DNA of 64,000 nt from Eledone cirrhosa (lineage: Eukaryota), in NCBI GenBank assembly GCA_964016885.1, contig OZ024761.1, positions 16,802,001 to 16,866,000 of the forward strand. The letters run 5' to 3'. Position 1 is the first letter of the stretch, and each line of letters opens with the position of its first letter. A program made the position numbers and the translations under genes. Shown piece after piece: positions 30,330 to 44,130 of this stretch. A model generated the notes under the pieces. It was given only the letters and a program-made list of their open reading frames with translations. It ran no database searches and was not told the origin of the DNA.

Positions 30330-31600
30330 GTATGTACGACTGCTAAAATACTGTTCTGTGTGGCTACCAACCACTGTTTTATGTACGACTGCTAAAACAC
30401 TGTTCTGTGTGGCTACCAATACTTCTGTGACTGCCAACCATTGTTATGTGTGTGACTACTTAACCACTGTTCTATATGTGACTACCAACCATTGTTATGT
30501 GTGTGACTACTTAACCACTGTTCTATATGTGACTACCAACCACTGTTGTATATGTGGCTACCAACCGTTGTTCTATATGTGACATTGTTCTATATGTGAC
30601 TACCAGTGGTTGGTCACATATAGAACAATGCACCATTGTTCTATATGTGACTACCAACCATTGTTCTATATGTGACTACCAACCATTGTTCTATATGTGA
30701 CTACCAACCATTGTTCTATATGTGACTACCAACCATTGTTCTATATGTGACTACCAACCATTGTTCTATATGTGATTACCAACCATTGTTCTATATGTGA
30801 CTACCAACCATTGTTCTATATGTGACTACCAACCATTGTTCTATATGTGACTACCAACCATTGTTCTATATGTGACTACCAACACCACTATATGTGACTA
30901 CCCAAGACTTCTATGTGTGACTACACTATCAACCACTATTCTATATGTGACTTCCAACACTTCTATGTGTGACTATCAACACTTCTATGTGTGACTACCA
31001 ACACTTCTATGTGTGACTACCAACACTTCTATGTGTGACTACCAACACTTCTATGTGTGACTACCAACACTTCTATGGGTGACTACCAACACTTCTATGT
31101 GTGACTACCAACACTTCTATGTGTGACTACCAACACTTCTATGTGTGACTACCAACACTTCTATGTGTGACTACCAACACTTCTATGTGTGACTACCAAC
31201 ACTTCTATGTGTGACTACCAACACTTCTATGTGTGACTACCAACACTTCTATGTGTGACTACCAACACTTCTATGTGTGACTACCAACACTTCTATGTGT
31301 GACTACCAACACTTCCATGTGTGACTACCAACACTTCTATGTGTGACTACCAACACTTCTATGTGTGACTACCAACACTTCTATGTGTGACTACCAACAC
31401 TTCTATGTGTGACTACCAACACTTCCATGTGTGACTACCAACACTTCTATGTGTGACCACGCACACTTCTATGTGTGACCACCCACACTGTTCTATATGT
31501 CACTACCAACCACTGTTCTATATGTCACTACCAACCACTGTTCTATGTGTTTACTACCCACACTGTTCTACGTACGACTACCCAACACTGTTCTATGTTG
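30330..31600. repeat. Minisatellite shifting from a 25-bp to a 22-bp unit
   Basis: TGTGACTACCAACCATTGTTCTATA then GTGTGACTACCAACACTTCTAT. Confidence 0.95.
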
Positions 31601-31864
31601 GACATTATTTAGACCAAACCACATTGTTGAAACAATTTAGATTTTCACTCCTGAATGCTAAACTTGGCGAAAATAACGCCCAGTTTTCTTTCCTGGAAAT
31701 TATATTTTGTTTCAATTACTTTTGTTGATTATTTTTCATTAATTCAAATTTATTTTTAAAATTTCTTCTCTTTAAAACCTTGATTCCGTGTGAAGCGTAA
31801 CATCAACTCGATTCTCCCTGTCTTCACTGGAGGGCAACTTTAATTTGTTTCTATTTTTGAACAG

Positions 31865-32019
31865 ATGATGACGAAAAAAAAATTGTTTACGATATCGATG
31901 CTATTTCCAAGTTGTTGGATCGTACTCAAGAAGGCCAAGTAGAAAAGGAAATAGCTATGAATGAATATCTAAGTTCTTTTAAAGTGGCCAGCTATCAAGT
32001 GAAGGAAGGTGAACAAGAG
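31865..32019 (+). CDS. Mi-2: Mi-2 exon 16
   Basis: DDEKKIVYDIDAISKLLDRTQ...MNEYLSSFKVASYQVKEGEQE|gtacgt. Confidence 0.95.
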
Positions 32020-32076
32020 GTACGTTGCATTAGTCCACACCATCACTGTTTTACGTCTGTTTTCCATGGGTTAGAC

Positions 32077-32849
32077 CAAAGGTTTTCAAAGTTGGTGTTA
32101 CTGCATCTTGGGGAGGCATTGAGAAGGTCCAGTGACGTGCTGGAGCCTGAGGAGGCATTGCAGGGTGGTAGAGATGATATAATAGTATATTAAATATCAA
32201 ATGATATATATATATCATCATCATCATCATTACCGTTTTACGTCCGTTCTTCCACGGTAGCACGGGTTAGACGGGTTGTCCTATTGTGGGCAGTGTCCGG
32301 TCGGCTGACCTTGTCTTGCTCATATGGGAACTGATTCTGGTTTGATTTCTACAGCTGGATGCCCTTTCTAACATCAACCTCATTTACAGTGAGTGGTGGG
32401 TGTTTTTTTTTTCCGTGGCGCCTACACTGTCCACTTTACAGTGTGGGCCAATGCTCTAACCACTAAGCCATGTGCCTTCACTATATATATAAATATAGTA
32501 AAATAAAAATATATATGATATTTATTTATACATAGTATATATTATATTATTTATTATAATGGGCGGTGAATTGGCAGTATCGGTAGAGGGTTGGACGCCA
32601 TGCTTTCTAGCATAGTTACGTCCCTTTACAGTCTGAGTTCAAATCCCGCTGAGGTTAACTTTGCCTTTCATCCTTACGGGGTCGATAAAATAAAGTACCA
32701 GTAATGTACTTTATGCCTAAAGTAGAAACAATTATATTATTTATTATATATAAATTACCGATTTCATTTATTATATATTACAATTTGCGTGTAGACAGGT
32801 TTCTCTAGAAATAGGGGTGGGGGTGGCCCCAAAAGTTTAAGAACCTCTG
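32077..32849. mobile_element. hAT (Charlie-like) non-autonomous element with nested SINEs (B-related 32214-32481, A 32561-32740)
   Basis: Imperfect TIRs CAAAGGTTTTCAAAGTT / AAGTTTAAGAACCTCTG and 8-bp TSD GGTTAGAC/GGTTAGAT. Confidence 0.75.
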
Positions 32850-33102
32850 GGTTAGATGGTGGGGTACTAATAGTTTATTATAGTAATATAACTTTGGCCA
32901 GCTATTAAGTGAATGAGGACGAGCAAGAGGTACACTGCACAAGTTGTGTTGTTTTACATCTGTTTTCCATGGGTTAGACAGTCGGGTACTTATAGTTTAC
33001 TATAGTAATATAACTTAAAAATGATCTGCTGATGATATTCAGCTTAGGCTGGTATTGGGGTACATATCTTGATATTACTACAGGGAAGCAATTGAGTACA
33101 TA

Positions 33103-33338
33103 GGAGGGTCAGCTAAAAATTAATGCTTGCAAGATTTCCTAGTGCTAGCATTACTCCTTCATAGACTGACCAAGATACTCAAATGGAATGACCAAATGAG
33201 ATCTATTTTTCAAGATAGTTTCTGGAAAGAAACAATGCAGTTATTAATGAGAAGATTCAAAATTAATGCATGCAAGATTTCACAGCTCTAACATCATTCC
33301 TTCGTAGTTCATCCTATGAACTTTTCAGCTGACCCTCA
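33103..33338. mobile_element. mariner-like MITE
   Basis: TA-GGAGGGTCAGCTAAAAA...TTTTCAGCTGACCCTCA-TA. Confidence 0.65.
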
Positions 33339-33384
33339 TATTTGTTGACATTTGAGTGGCCCTAGTTAATGCTGAAAGAAAAGT

Positions 33385-33675
33385 CTGTCTAAAGTCTATC
33401 TCAAGCCTGGAGGCCCATAGGATCGGTGCTTTTACTGGTTTTCGTGTCGTGAAGCAACTGAGAGTACAAGACTCTGTCCCCTTCCCACCAATCCTGGACA
33501 AGATGCCAGTCCATCCCAGGGTTAAGCCCCCAGCTATTGCTGGTACTCATTTTCATCTGAGTATATTGGAGCAACGTGAAATAAAGTGTTTTGCTCAACC
33601 CAGCTCAGGAATCTAACCCACAACGTTATGATTGTAAGTTCAACACCCCCTAACCACTAGGCCACGAACCTCCAC
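33385..33675 (-). mobile_element. tRNA-derived SINE family D (V/Meta-like core)
   Basis: Reverse copy of 39317-39590; core GCTGGGGGCTTAACCCTGGGATGGACTGGCATC. Confidence 0.7.
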
Positions 33676-33879
33676 AAAATACTGATAGAGGGTTCCTCAT
33701 ATTTATTGATATTTACTGGTCCTTGTTGATGCAGAGCACCCTAAACATATATTTATCGATATTTCATTGGCCATTGTCGTTACTGATAGAGGGTCCCTTG
33801 TATTTGTTGATATTTTACTGGCCCTTGTCGATACTGATAGTGTCCCTAAACAACATATTTGTTGAAGATTGATGCCTGA

Positions 33880-35760
<1,881 letters not shown>

Positions 35761-35800
35761 CTTCCTCTATCCCTCTGTCTCTCTTCCTGCTTCTCTTTTC

Positions 35801-35836
<36 letters not shown>

Positions 35837-35952
35837 CCCCCCCCCCCCCTCTCTCTCTCTCTTGTTTTAAGTTTGTTTCTATGGCTTTTCGCTACCTCAT
35901 CAATATTCAGTATTGAGTTTGATAGATACATCCAATGTGTGTGAGAAAGCGA

Positions 35953-35987
<35 letters not shown>

Positions 35988-36797
35988 ATCATATATATAT
36001 ATATATGATGATGATGATATATGGTATATATGATTAGCAGGACCCATGGAAATTCCACGGAGTAAAAAATGAAGAGGAGCTATTTAAGAGATGTTCGTCT
36101 TGTTGTATATTCTCTCTTCTTTCCTGCTGTCTTAGTCTACCTTGCTCTAAAACGATATGCCTCTGTTCTTCATTCATTTCCTCACCTTTCCATACACACA
36201 CAGAGAAGCACACACACACACACTCACACAAGTGTAGCTAATGTTGGAGTGGTCATCACTTATAGTGTTTCACTGGCCCGTTCATTCCTCAATCACTTAT
36301 AGTGTTTCACTGGCCCGTTCATTCCTCAATCATTACATTACATCTGTGTGAGTGTATGTAATAATTATTTTGTTTAATGTGTCTATTTATGAATATGTAT
36401 GAGTTGGTGTGTGTGTGTTGTCTGTGTATCTGTAGATGTGTGTGTATATAACTAAAGCATAACACATGAACAAATGGACAAAAAAAATACCATATGTCTT
36501 CTAATTCTTGGTGTGTTTTTGTCCATTTGTTCATGTGTTATGCTTTAGTTACATACACACACATCTACATATAAATACATAGACATATTTATTTTGTTTT
36601 GACCTGTTTAGCTTGATTTGCTTTTTGGCTTAGGTGGTTGATGCTTTCTTGACCACTTTTTCAGTTCTGTATGGCTTCTTAACATTGTTTAGCTCTGGTT
36701 TTTACCTATTGAGCACTTTGCCAGTGTCATTTCTGATTTTTGCGTTTCGTTTCGCCTTTCCTACCCGCCGAAATGCGATTCTCGCTGAATCTATATT

Positions 36798-36833
<36 letters not shown>

Positions 36834-36928
36834 GGCAACTGCTAGTCTTCACAAACAACCTTGCCTTGACTTGTACCTCGGAGGGTAACTTTCTAGGTCA
36901 TTAGTGACCGAAGGAAGTCTTTACCGTT

Positions 36929-37266
36929 TCATCATCATTTCATTTTACGTCCGCTTTTCCCTGCTTGCAAGGGTGGGACGGGAACTGATTCTGGCTTGAT
37001 TTCTACAGCTGGATGCCCTTCCTAACACCAACCTCATTTACAGTGAGTGCTGGGTGCTTTTTTTGCCGTGGCACCTCCACGACCACTTTGCAGTGGAATG
37101 ATATGGACCCCAGTCCCTATCATCTCATTTCTACAGCTGAGTAAACTGGAGCAATGTGAAATAAAGTGTCTTGCTCAAGGAAACAACACATCACCCGGTC
37201 TGAGGATTGAACTCACAACCTTTCGATTGCAAGCCCAATGCTCTAACCACTAAGCCATGTGCCTCC
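36929..37266 (-). mobile_element. tRNA-derived SINE family B
   Basis: Near-identical to 18903-19247. Confidence 0.9.
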
Positions 37267-37739
37267 ATGATACCTTTGATATATATATATATATAATATA
37301 TAGTATATTGTTTTGTTCTTAGATAGTAATGACTAGATGATACATTAACATTTTCTCATATAAATTCCCCACCTTTTTGTTCAAATTTTGATATTGCATA
37401 AATGTCACTCATTTTTCTGTTTCATTCCTTGATGGCTTCTACCTGATGCCAACCTGTATCCTGATATTTACGGTAAGTTCTGCACAACTTTGGATTTTGT
37501 GTGAGTTTGTGTGTGTTCGGGATGTTTGGCTGACGATCATCAGGTCTTCGGTTCTATTCCTGGACTAGGTAGTATGGTGTGTTCTTAAGAAGCTTCCTTT
37601 GCTGTTGCTTTTCATGAGAGGACTGCTGCCTCTATCATTAAGACTCCCAAGAAACCTGTAAGATGCAACCTTGCCAACTAAACTTAGATATGTGTGAGCT
37701 GTTGCAATAACATGGTAGGCCTGGAGCCTCTATCATTAA

Positions 37740-37947
37740 CCCTTTAGCATTTGCATTACTCTATATTTACTATTGTACTTTCATGGTAAAGGCTTTACCT
37801 CACATAATATTGAATCTATTGGATTTCGATATTATTTATTTTGAGATTAATACCTTAATATCAGTATGAGTGGTTTGTTACGGTCAGTTTAAACAGAAAG
37901 AGGTGAGAGAATTCTGGACGGATATGGCCAGTTTAAATCCTAAAGGG
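37740..37947 (+). mobile_element. piggyBac-like MITE family A
   Basis: TTAA-flanked TIRs. Confidence 0.87.
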
Positions 37948-37996
37948 TTAAAACCTGAAAATCCTCCTGTGAGATATATCCTCATAGGAGGCCAAC

Positions 37997-38749
37997 TAAA
38001 CCTTCATAGGTGTGAGCTGTAACAACAGATACGACTGCGACTCCTATTATTAGGACACTTTAGAAACTTGCTATGCAATACAATTCTGTAGAATGCCTGC
38101 TAAACCTTCATAGGTGTGAGTTGTAACAACAGATACGACTGCGACTCCTATTATTAGGACACTTTAGAAACTTGCTATGCAATACAATTCTGTAGAATGC
38201 CTGCTAAACCTTCATAGGTGTGAGCTGTAACAACAGATACGACTGCGACTCCTATTATTAGGACACTTTAGAAACTTGCTATGCAATACAATTCTGTAGA
38301 ATGCCTGCTAAACCTTCATAGGTGTGAGCTGTAACAACAGATACGACTGCGACTCCTATTATTAGGACACTTTAGAAACTTGCTATGCAATACAATTCTG
38401 TAGAATGCCTGCTAAACCTTCATAGGTGTGAGTTGTAACAACAGATACGACTGCGACTCCTATTATTAGGACACTTTAGAAACTTGCTATGCAATACAAT
38501 TCTGTAGAATGCCTGCTAAACCTTCATAGGTGTGAGCTGTAACAACAGATACGACTGCGACTCCTATTATTAGGACACTTTAGAAACTTGCTATGCAATA
38601 CAATTCTGTAGAATGCCTGCTAAACCTTCATAGGTGTGAGCTGTAACAACAGATACGACTGCGACTCCTATTATTAGGACACTTTAGAAACTTGCTATGC
38701 AATACAATTCTGTAGAATGCCTGCTAAACCTACATAGGTGTGAGTTGTA
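37997..38749. repeat. 104-bp tandem repeat, ~7.2 near-identical copies
   Basis: Units start at 37997, 38101, 38205 ... 38725. Confidence 0.96.
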
Positions 38750-38915
38750 AATTTTATTATTTTTTTAACAAAAGCTACTTTGCCACCATTTACAGCCCTT
38801 TAGCACACTTGGCACCCTTTACAACCCTTGATAACCTTTTACAAATATTAGTTTTCATCTTTGAATAATTATTTTTATTATTTATTTATTTATTTATTAA
38901 TCTCTATTTTTTCAG

Positions 38916-38957
38916 ATAATGAAGAAGACGATGATGACTTTGAAGACAAACAAGAAT
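38916..38957 (+). CDS. Mi-2: Mi-2 exon 18, 42-nt acidic mini-exon (phase 1-1)
   Basis: ttttcag|NEEDDDDFEDKQE|gtgagt; corresponds to the acidic EDEDFDE segment of CHD4-family proteins. Confidence 0.88.
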
Positions 38958-39114
38958 GTGAGTTTTACTTCTTTTGATTAAAAAAAATTTGATTATTTGA
39001 TTATTTTTAATGTTTATAATTTACTTTTAATCTCATTCTTGTGAGATCAACTAAATATTATATTATATATATTAGTGGTTTGTCATACATAGACTGTGTT
39101 TTATTATTAGAGTA

Positions 39115-39308
39115 GGGCAGTGGATTGGCAGTATCGGTAGAGGGTCGGACGCCATGCTTTGCAGCATAGAGTTACGGCGCTTGCCATTCTGAGTTCAAAT
39201 CCCGCCGAAGTTAACTCTGCCTTTCATCCTTACGGGGTCGATAAAATAAAGTACCAGTAATACACTGGGTAATTGCTGGCCTTGTGCCAAAAGTAGAAAC
39301 AATTATTA
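39115..39308 (+). mobile_element. tRNA-derived SINE family A
   Basis: Family head, B-box and tail. Confidence 0.85.
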
Positions 39309-39316
39309 GAGTATCT

Positions 39317-39590
39317 ATCGTGGCCTAGTAGTAAGGATGTTGGACTTAGGATCATAATGTCATGGGTTCGATTCCTGGACTGGATTTTGTGTTTTATTCC
39401 TGTGCAAAACACTTCATTTCACTGTGCTCAAGTATACTCAGTTGAAAATGAGTACCAGTAATAGCTGGGGGTTTAACCCTGAGATGGATTGGTGTCTTGT
39501 TCAGGGCAGTGTCTTGTGCTCCCAGTTGCTTAACACCTCGAAAACTGGAATAAGCACCAACCTGACGAGTCTCCGGGCTTGACTTTAGAC
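39317..39590 (+). mobile_element. tRNA-derived SINE family D (V/Meta-like core)
   Basis: A-box TGGCCTAGTAGT, B-box GGTTCGATTCC. Confidence 0.7.
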
Positions 39591-39638
39591 ATGATATTGG
39601 GGAGAAAATTAAATAGCAGTAATGTAGTCTAGTCTTAA

Positions 39639-39843
39639 CCCTTTAGCATTTAAACTGGCCATATCCAGCCAGAATTCTTTTACCTCTTTGTGTTCAAACC
39701 GGCCATAACTGGCTGTTCATACTTATGTTAAGGTATTGTTCTCAAAATAAATATCAAAATTTGATAGATTCGATATTATGTGAGATAAAGCCTTTACTAT
39801 GAAAATACAACAGTAAATATAGAGTAATGTAAATGCTAAAGGG
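39639..39843 (-). mobile_element. piggyBac-like MITE family A
   Basis: TTAA-flanked TIRs, reverse orientation. Confidence 0.88.
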
Positions 39844-40061
39844 TTAATTTATATTTTGTGATGCGCACACCATGCGTTTTATTATTGAAGATAAACAATA
39901 TTACCAGTCATGTATTGGTGTTATACCTGTATGTGTCAGAAAGTCAATGTTTTTACTTGTATAATGTTTTTACTTGTATAATGTTTTGCTTATTATAACC
40001 AATTGCTTTTATTTGCCATTATTATAAAACTAAAATGTGTGTGTGCTTTATGTTTGAACAG

Positions 40062-40147
40062 CTCGAAGCAATAGGAAACGGTCTGGAGTTTCAGACAGGG
40101 ACAAACCCTTACCACCCTTGTTAGCTCGAGTCAATGGTCAAATAGAA
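40062..40147 (+). CDS. Mi-2: Mi-2 exon 19
   Basis: RSNRKRSGVSDRDKPLPPLLARVNGQIE|gtaagt. Confidence 0.95.
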
Positions 40148-40659
40148 GTAAGTAGCATTTTATTTCTCTAACTATTTATCTCCCTTACTTACCGTTTTTT
40201 TAAACTAACTACAGGGCTGTCTGTGTGACATGTGGTGTATATATGACGTGTGGTATATATAACGTGGTGTATATGATGTATATATGATGTGTGGTGTATA
40301 TGACATGTATATATGACGTGGTATAAACAGTATGGCATATATATATCTGACTTGGGGGGGTGTGTTTGGTTGAAAGAAGTTTTTCATTAAGCTGTAAGTT
40401 GATGTTTAGAAGTGGGAGAAAGGTTGTGTGACAGTTCTATTAGTATGTAATATTGTCTGTTAATATGTGAGGATGCTCTGTCACTATGTGACACTATTCT
40501 GTTACAATGGGTGACTATTTTCTGTCAGAATGTGTGATGCCATCTCTGTCACAATTTGTGAAACTGTTGCAATGTGTGACGCTGTTCTGTTACAATGTGA
40601 CACTTTTCTCTGTTACAATATGTGACACTATATTATAATGTGTGACGTTCCTCTATTAA

Positions 40660-40755
<96 letters not shown>

Positions 40756-41009
40756 TAAATATCTCACCTTTAAACCTAATTTAACCCTTTGACTACGCTG
40801 TTGTTTGTTGGTATTTTACTGTCCCAGGTTGGCGTTAGGCGTTTGTTTTTGCACCCCCCCCCCCCCCCCGTACTGTAAAATAAGAAATATCTGAATCAAA
40901 TTTGTTTCAATCACTTCGTTGGGGCGTGTATTTTATAAACTAAACTGTCTCTGGCTCACATGGGGATGGTAAGTATTGTATATACTTGAAAATAAGTTGG
41001 GTATACGTG

Positions 41010-41047
<38 letters not shown>

Positions 41048-41854
41048 AAAAAAATCGATGGTAAAATTGGGGGAAGTGGGCATATCAGCTTATATTCGGC
41101 ATCAATAATTTGATTTTCACCAACTAAAAATTCTATGTAAATAAGTTTCTAAAATATCCAATGTGATTATTTTACAATGAAACATTTACTGCATCGTCAT
41201 TGGTGTTGTTTATGTATTCCCTTGAAAATATTTCCAACAAATTTTTATAATTTTAACTTTTTAATACATTAATATCCCATACACATCCATAAACAAATGC
41301 ACATATATGTTTTTCTTTCAGTCTTACTTCTGATTTTATTCAATTGCTCTCGCACCTTCTCCCCTCACTCTCACTTGCTGTCTCTCCCTCTGTTTTCTCT
41401 AAGAATCCCTATACAAAGTCCTCTTATTTGATCTTTTACTTTCAACTACTCCTCGCTTGTGAGTGACCAGAAGTAAAAAAAAATTTGAGAAACTTGTTGA
41501 AGCTTAACATAATAGAAACTCACTACATAGTGGAGTTGGGAAACAAAAACTATATTCTAAATGACACTTAAAACATTTTAAACATTAAAATATTAAAACT
41601 TCATAAATATATTTTATATTCATGAGAATTTCAAAACCACACCATCTAAACATAATGGCTTATAAACAGGGTTTGGATTTTTGCCCATTTCTCAGACATG
41701 AAATAGGTGGTGCTGGCTTTTATTTGGATTGGCTTACATCCAAGTAAATATGATAAATAATGTAACAGTACATCTTTGACTCATATAGAGTGGTAGGTAA
41801 AAGAGATACCTGTACGTCATTGGGAAGTCCAAGGGTAACATTATTATTATGTAA

Positions 41855-42172
<318 letters not shown>

Positions 42173-42325
42173 TAGCTAATTTGCGTGTTTGTGTTTGTAT
42201 GTCTGTCATCATCGGCGTTTTAATGCCTGCTTTACCTGTATATATGTCTGTGTATGTATGAGTTATGTTTATGTGTGTGTATATCTACATTTATATAGTG
42301 CATGTATTTTTTAATGTCTTTGTAG

Positions 42326-43240
42326 GTTCAAGAATTTGAGGCTATCAATGGCACCCACAGTATGCCTTACATGAAGGCAACTGAGGCGTTAGAACGAATC
42401 AAAAAAGAAAAAGACGTGCCGTCAACTGGCGCGGAAGATGCCAAGTCAGAAGACATTGATGTTGATGAAGAGACGAAGGAGGAAGGTGTTGCTACATCGG
42501 AGATTAAAAAGGAAAATGATGGCAAAGACACGGACAAGAGCGAAACAGCCGATAAGACAGAAAAAACTGAGAGTAAAACTGACAAAACTGACAAAACTGA
42601 GAGTAAAACTGACAAAGCTGACAAAACTGACAAAGCTGACAAAATTGACAAAACTGACAAAACTGACAAAACTGACAAAGCTGAGAGTAAAACTGACAAA
42701 ATTGACAAAATTGACAAAACTGACAAAACTGACAAAATTGACAAAACTGACAAAACTGACAAAATTGACAAAATTGACAAAGCTGACAAAACTGACAAAA
42801 CTGACAAAACCGACAAAACTGACAACAAAGCTGAAAAGACCGAAAAAACTGATAAGACAGACACCACCACCACCGCTACTACCGCCACCACCACTACCGC
42901 CACCACCACTACCACCACCACCACCGTTGATAAAACTGAAAAGACAACTGATGAAAGTGAAAAAGGAGGAGATGACGACGATGATGACGACGATGATGAT
43001 GATGATGTTGTTGACGACGAAAAAACAGATGATAAAGGAGATGAGGAGAGCACTAGTGATAAAACTGAAAAACCAGGAGCTGCTTCTGTAAAGAAAGGAG
43101 ATAAAAGTGGGAAAGAGGAAAGCAAGTTGGGTGACAAGGGAACTAAACCTGGGGACAATGATAATGAGGAGATGGATGTAGATAAACCTGACGATAAGGA
43201 AAAGGCTGCCACTGAAGAATCTGGTGAGAAATCAGAAAAG
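42326..43240 (+). CDS. Mi-2: Mi-2 exon 22, 305-aa low-complexity charged exon with DKT repeats, poly-Thr and poly-Asp
   Basis: tag|VQEFEAINGTHSMPY (conserved start), open frame to EKSEK|gtgagc; phase 0-0. Confidence 0.88.
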
Positions 43241-43266
43241 GTGAGCTTTCGAGATTCCAGTCTTAA

Positions 43267-43681
43267 CCCTTTATCATTTACCTTACTCTATATTTACTAT
43301 TGTATTTTCATGGTAAAGGCTTTACCTCACATAATTATCTCACATAATATTCAATCTATGAGATTTTGATATTATTTATTTTGAGAAGGGTGGTGGATTG
43401 GCAGTGTCAGTAGAGTTGGATGCCATGCTTTGCAGCATAGAGTTATGGTCTGAGTTCAAATCCAGCCGAGTTCAACTTTGTCTTTCATCCTTTACATGGT
43501 CGATAAAATAAAGCACCAATAATGCACTGGGGTAATTGCTGGCCTTGTGCCAAACATAGAAGCAGTTATTTATTTTGAGAACAATACCTTAACATAAGAA
43601 TGAGTGGCCAGTTACAGCTGGTTTGAAAAAAAAGAGGTGAGAGAATACTGGCTCGATGCAGCCCGTTTAAATGGTAAAGGG
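43267..43681 (+). mobile_element. piggyBac-like MITE family A with nested SINE A (43388-43565)
   Basis: The SINE is flanked by the duplication TTATTTATTTTGAGAA. Confidence 0.85.
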
Positions 43682-43729
43682 TTAATATATTTTCATAAAC
43701 ATCATTGTTTTTTATGTTTGCTTTTCCAT

Positions 43730-44130
43730 ATTTGCTTGGGTTGGGTTGGACAGAGCCTTTTCAGCACAGTGACTCCTCCACTTGTCACACTTGCATATGT
43801 TGGATGGATCCTTTTTACCACATCTCTCCACTTGTCACAATTACATGGAATGTAATCATGACGTGTGGAGAGATGTTGTGTTGAAAAGGACCTATCTAAC
43901 CCATGCAAGCGTTATAGAATGAATGTCATTGTGATGAGTGGAGAGATGTTGTGCTGAAAAGGACTTGTCCAACCCATGCAAGTGTTATAGAACAAATGTA
44001 ATCGCTTGCACGGGTTGGCTTGGTCTTTTTCAGCTCAGCGTCTCTCTACTCGTTACGATTATGTTCATTCTGTCATGATCACATGGGTCGGATGGGTCCT
44101 TGTCAGCACAGCTTCTCTCTCACTTGACGA
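43730..44130. repeat. Six RTE 3'-end fragments in -,-,+,+,-,- order, forming hairpins
   Basis: Units match GAGTGGAGAGATGCTGTGCTGAA..GACCCGTCCCACCCTTGCAAG of the LINE at 46141-46570. Confidence 0.8.

Noticed and set aside
36041-36095. Peptide KFHGVKNEEELFKR resembling Mi-2 KFGTEELFK
   Set aside because: Wrong position in the gene, no good splice sites, and it lies at a repeat terminus.
37997-38749. Regular array as CRISPR
   Set aside because: The entire 104-bp unit is repeated, with no variable spacers.
42367-43212. Antisense 281-aa ORF and alternative-frame KLT ORF
   Set aside because: Shadow frames of the repetitive Mi-2 exon.
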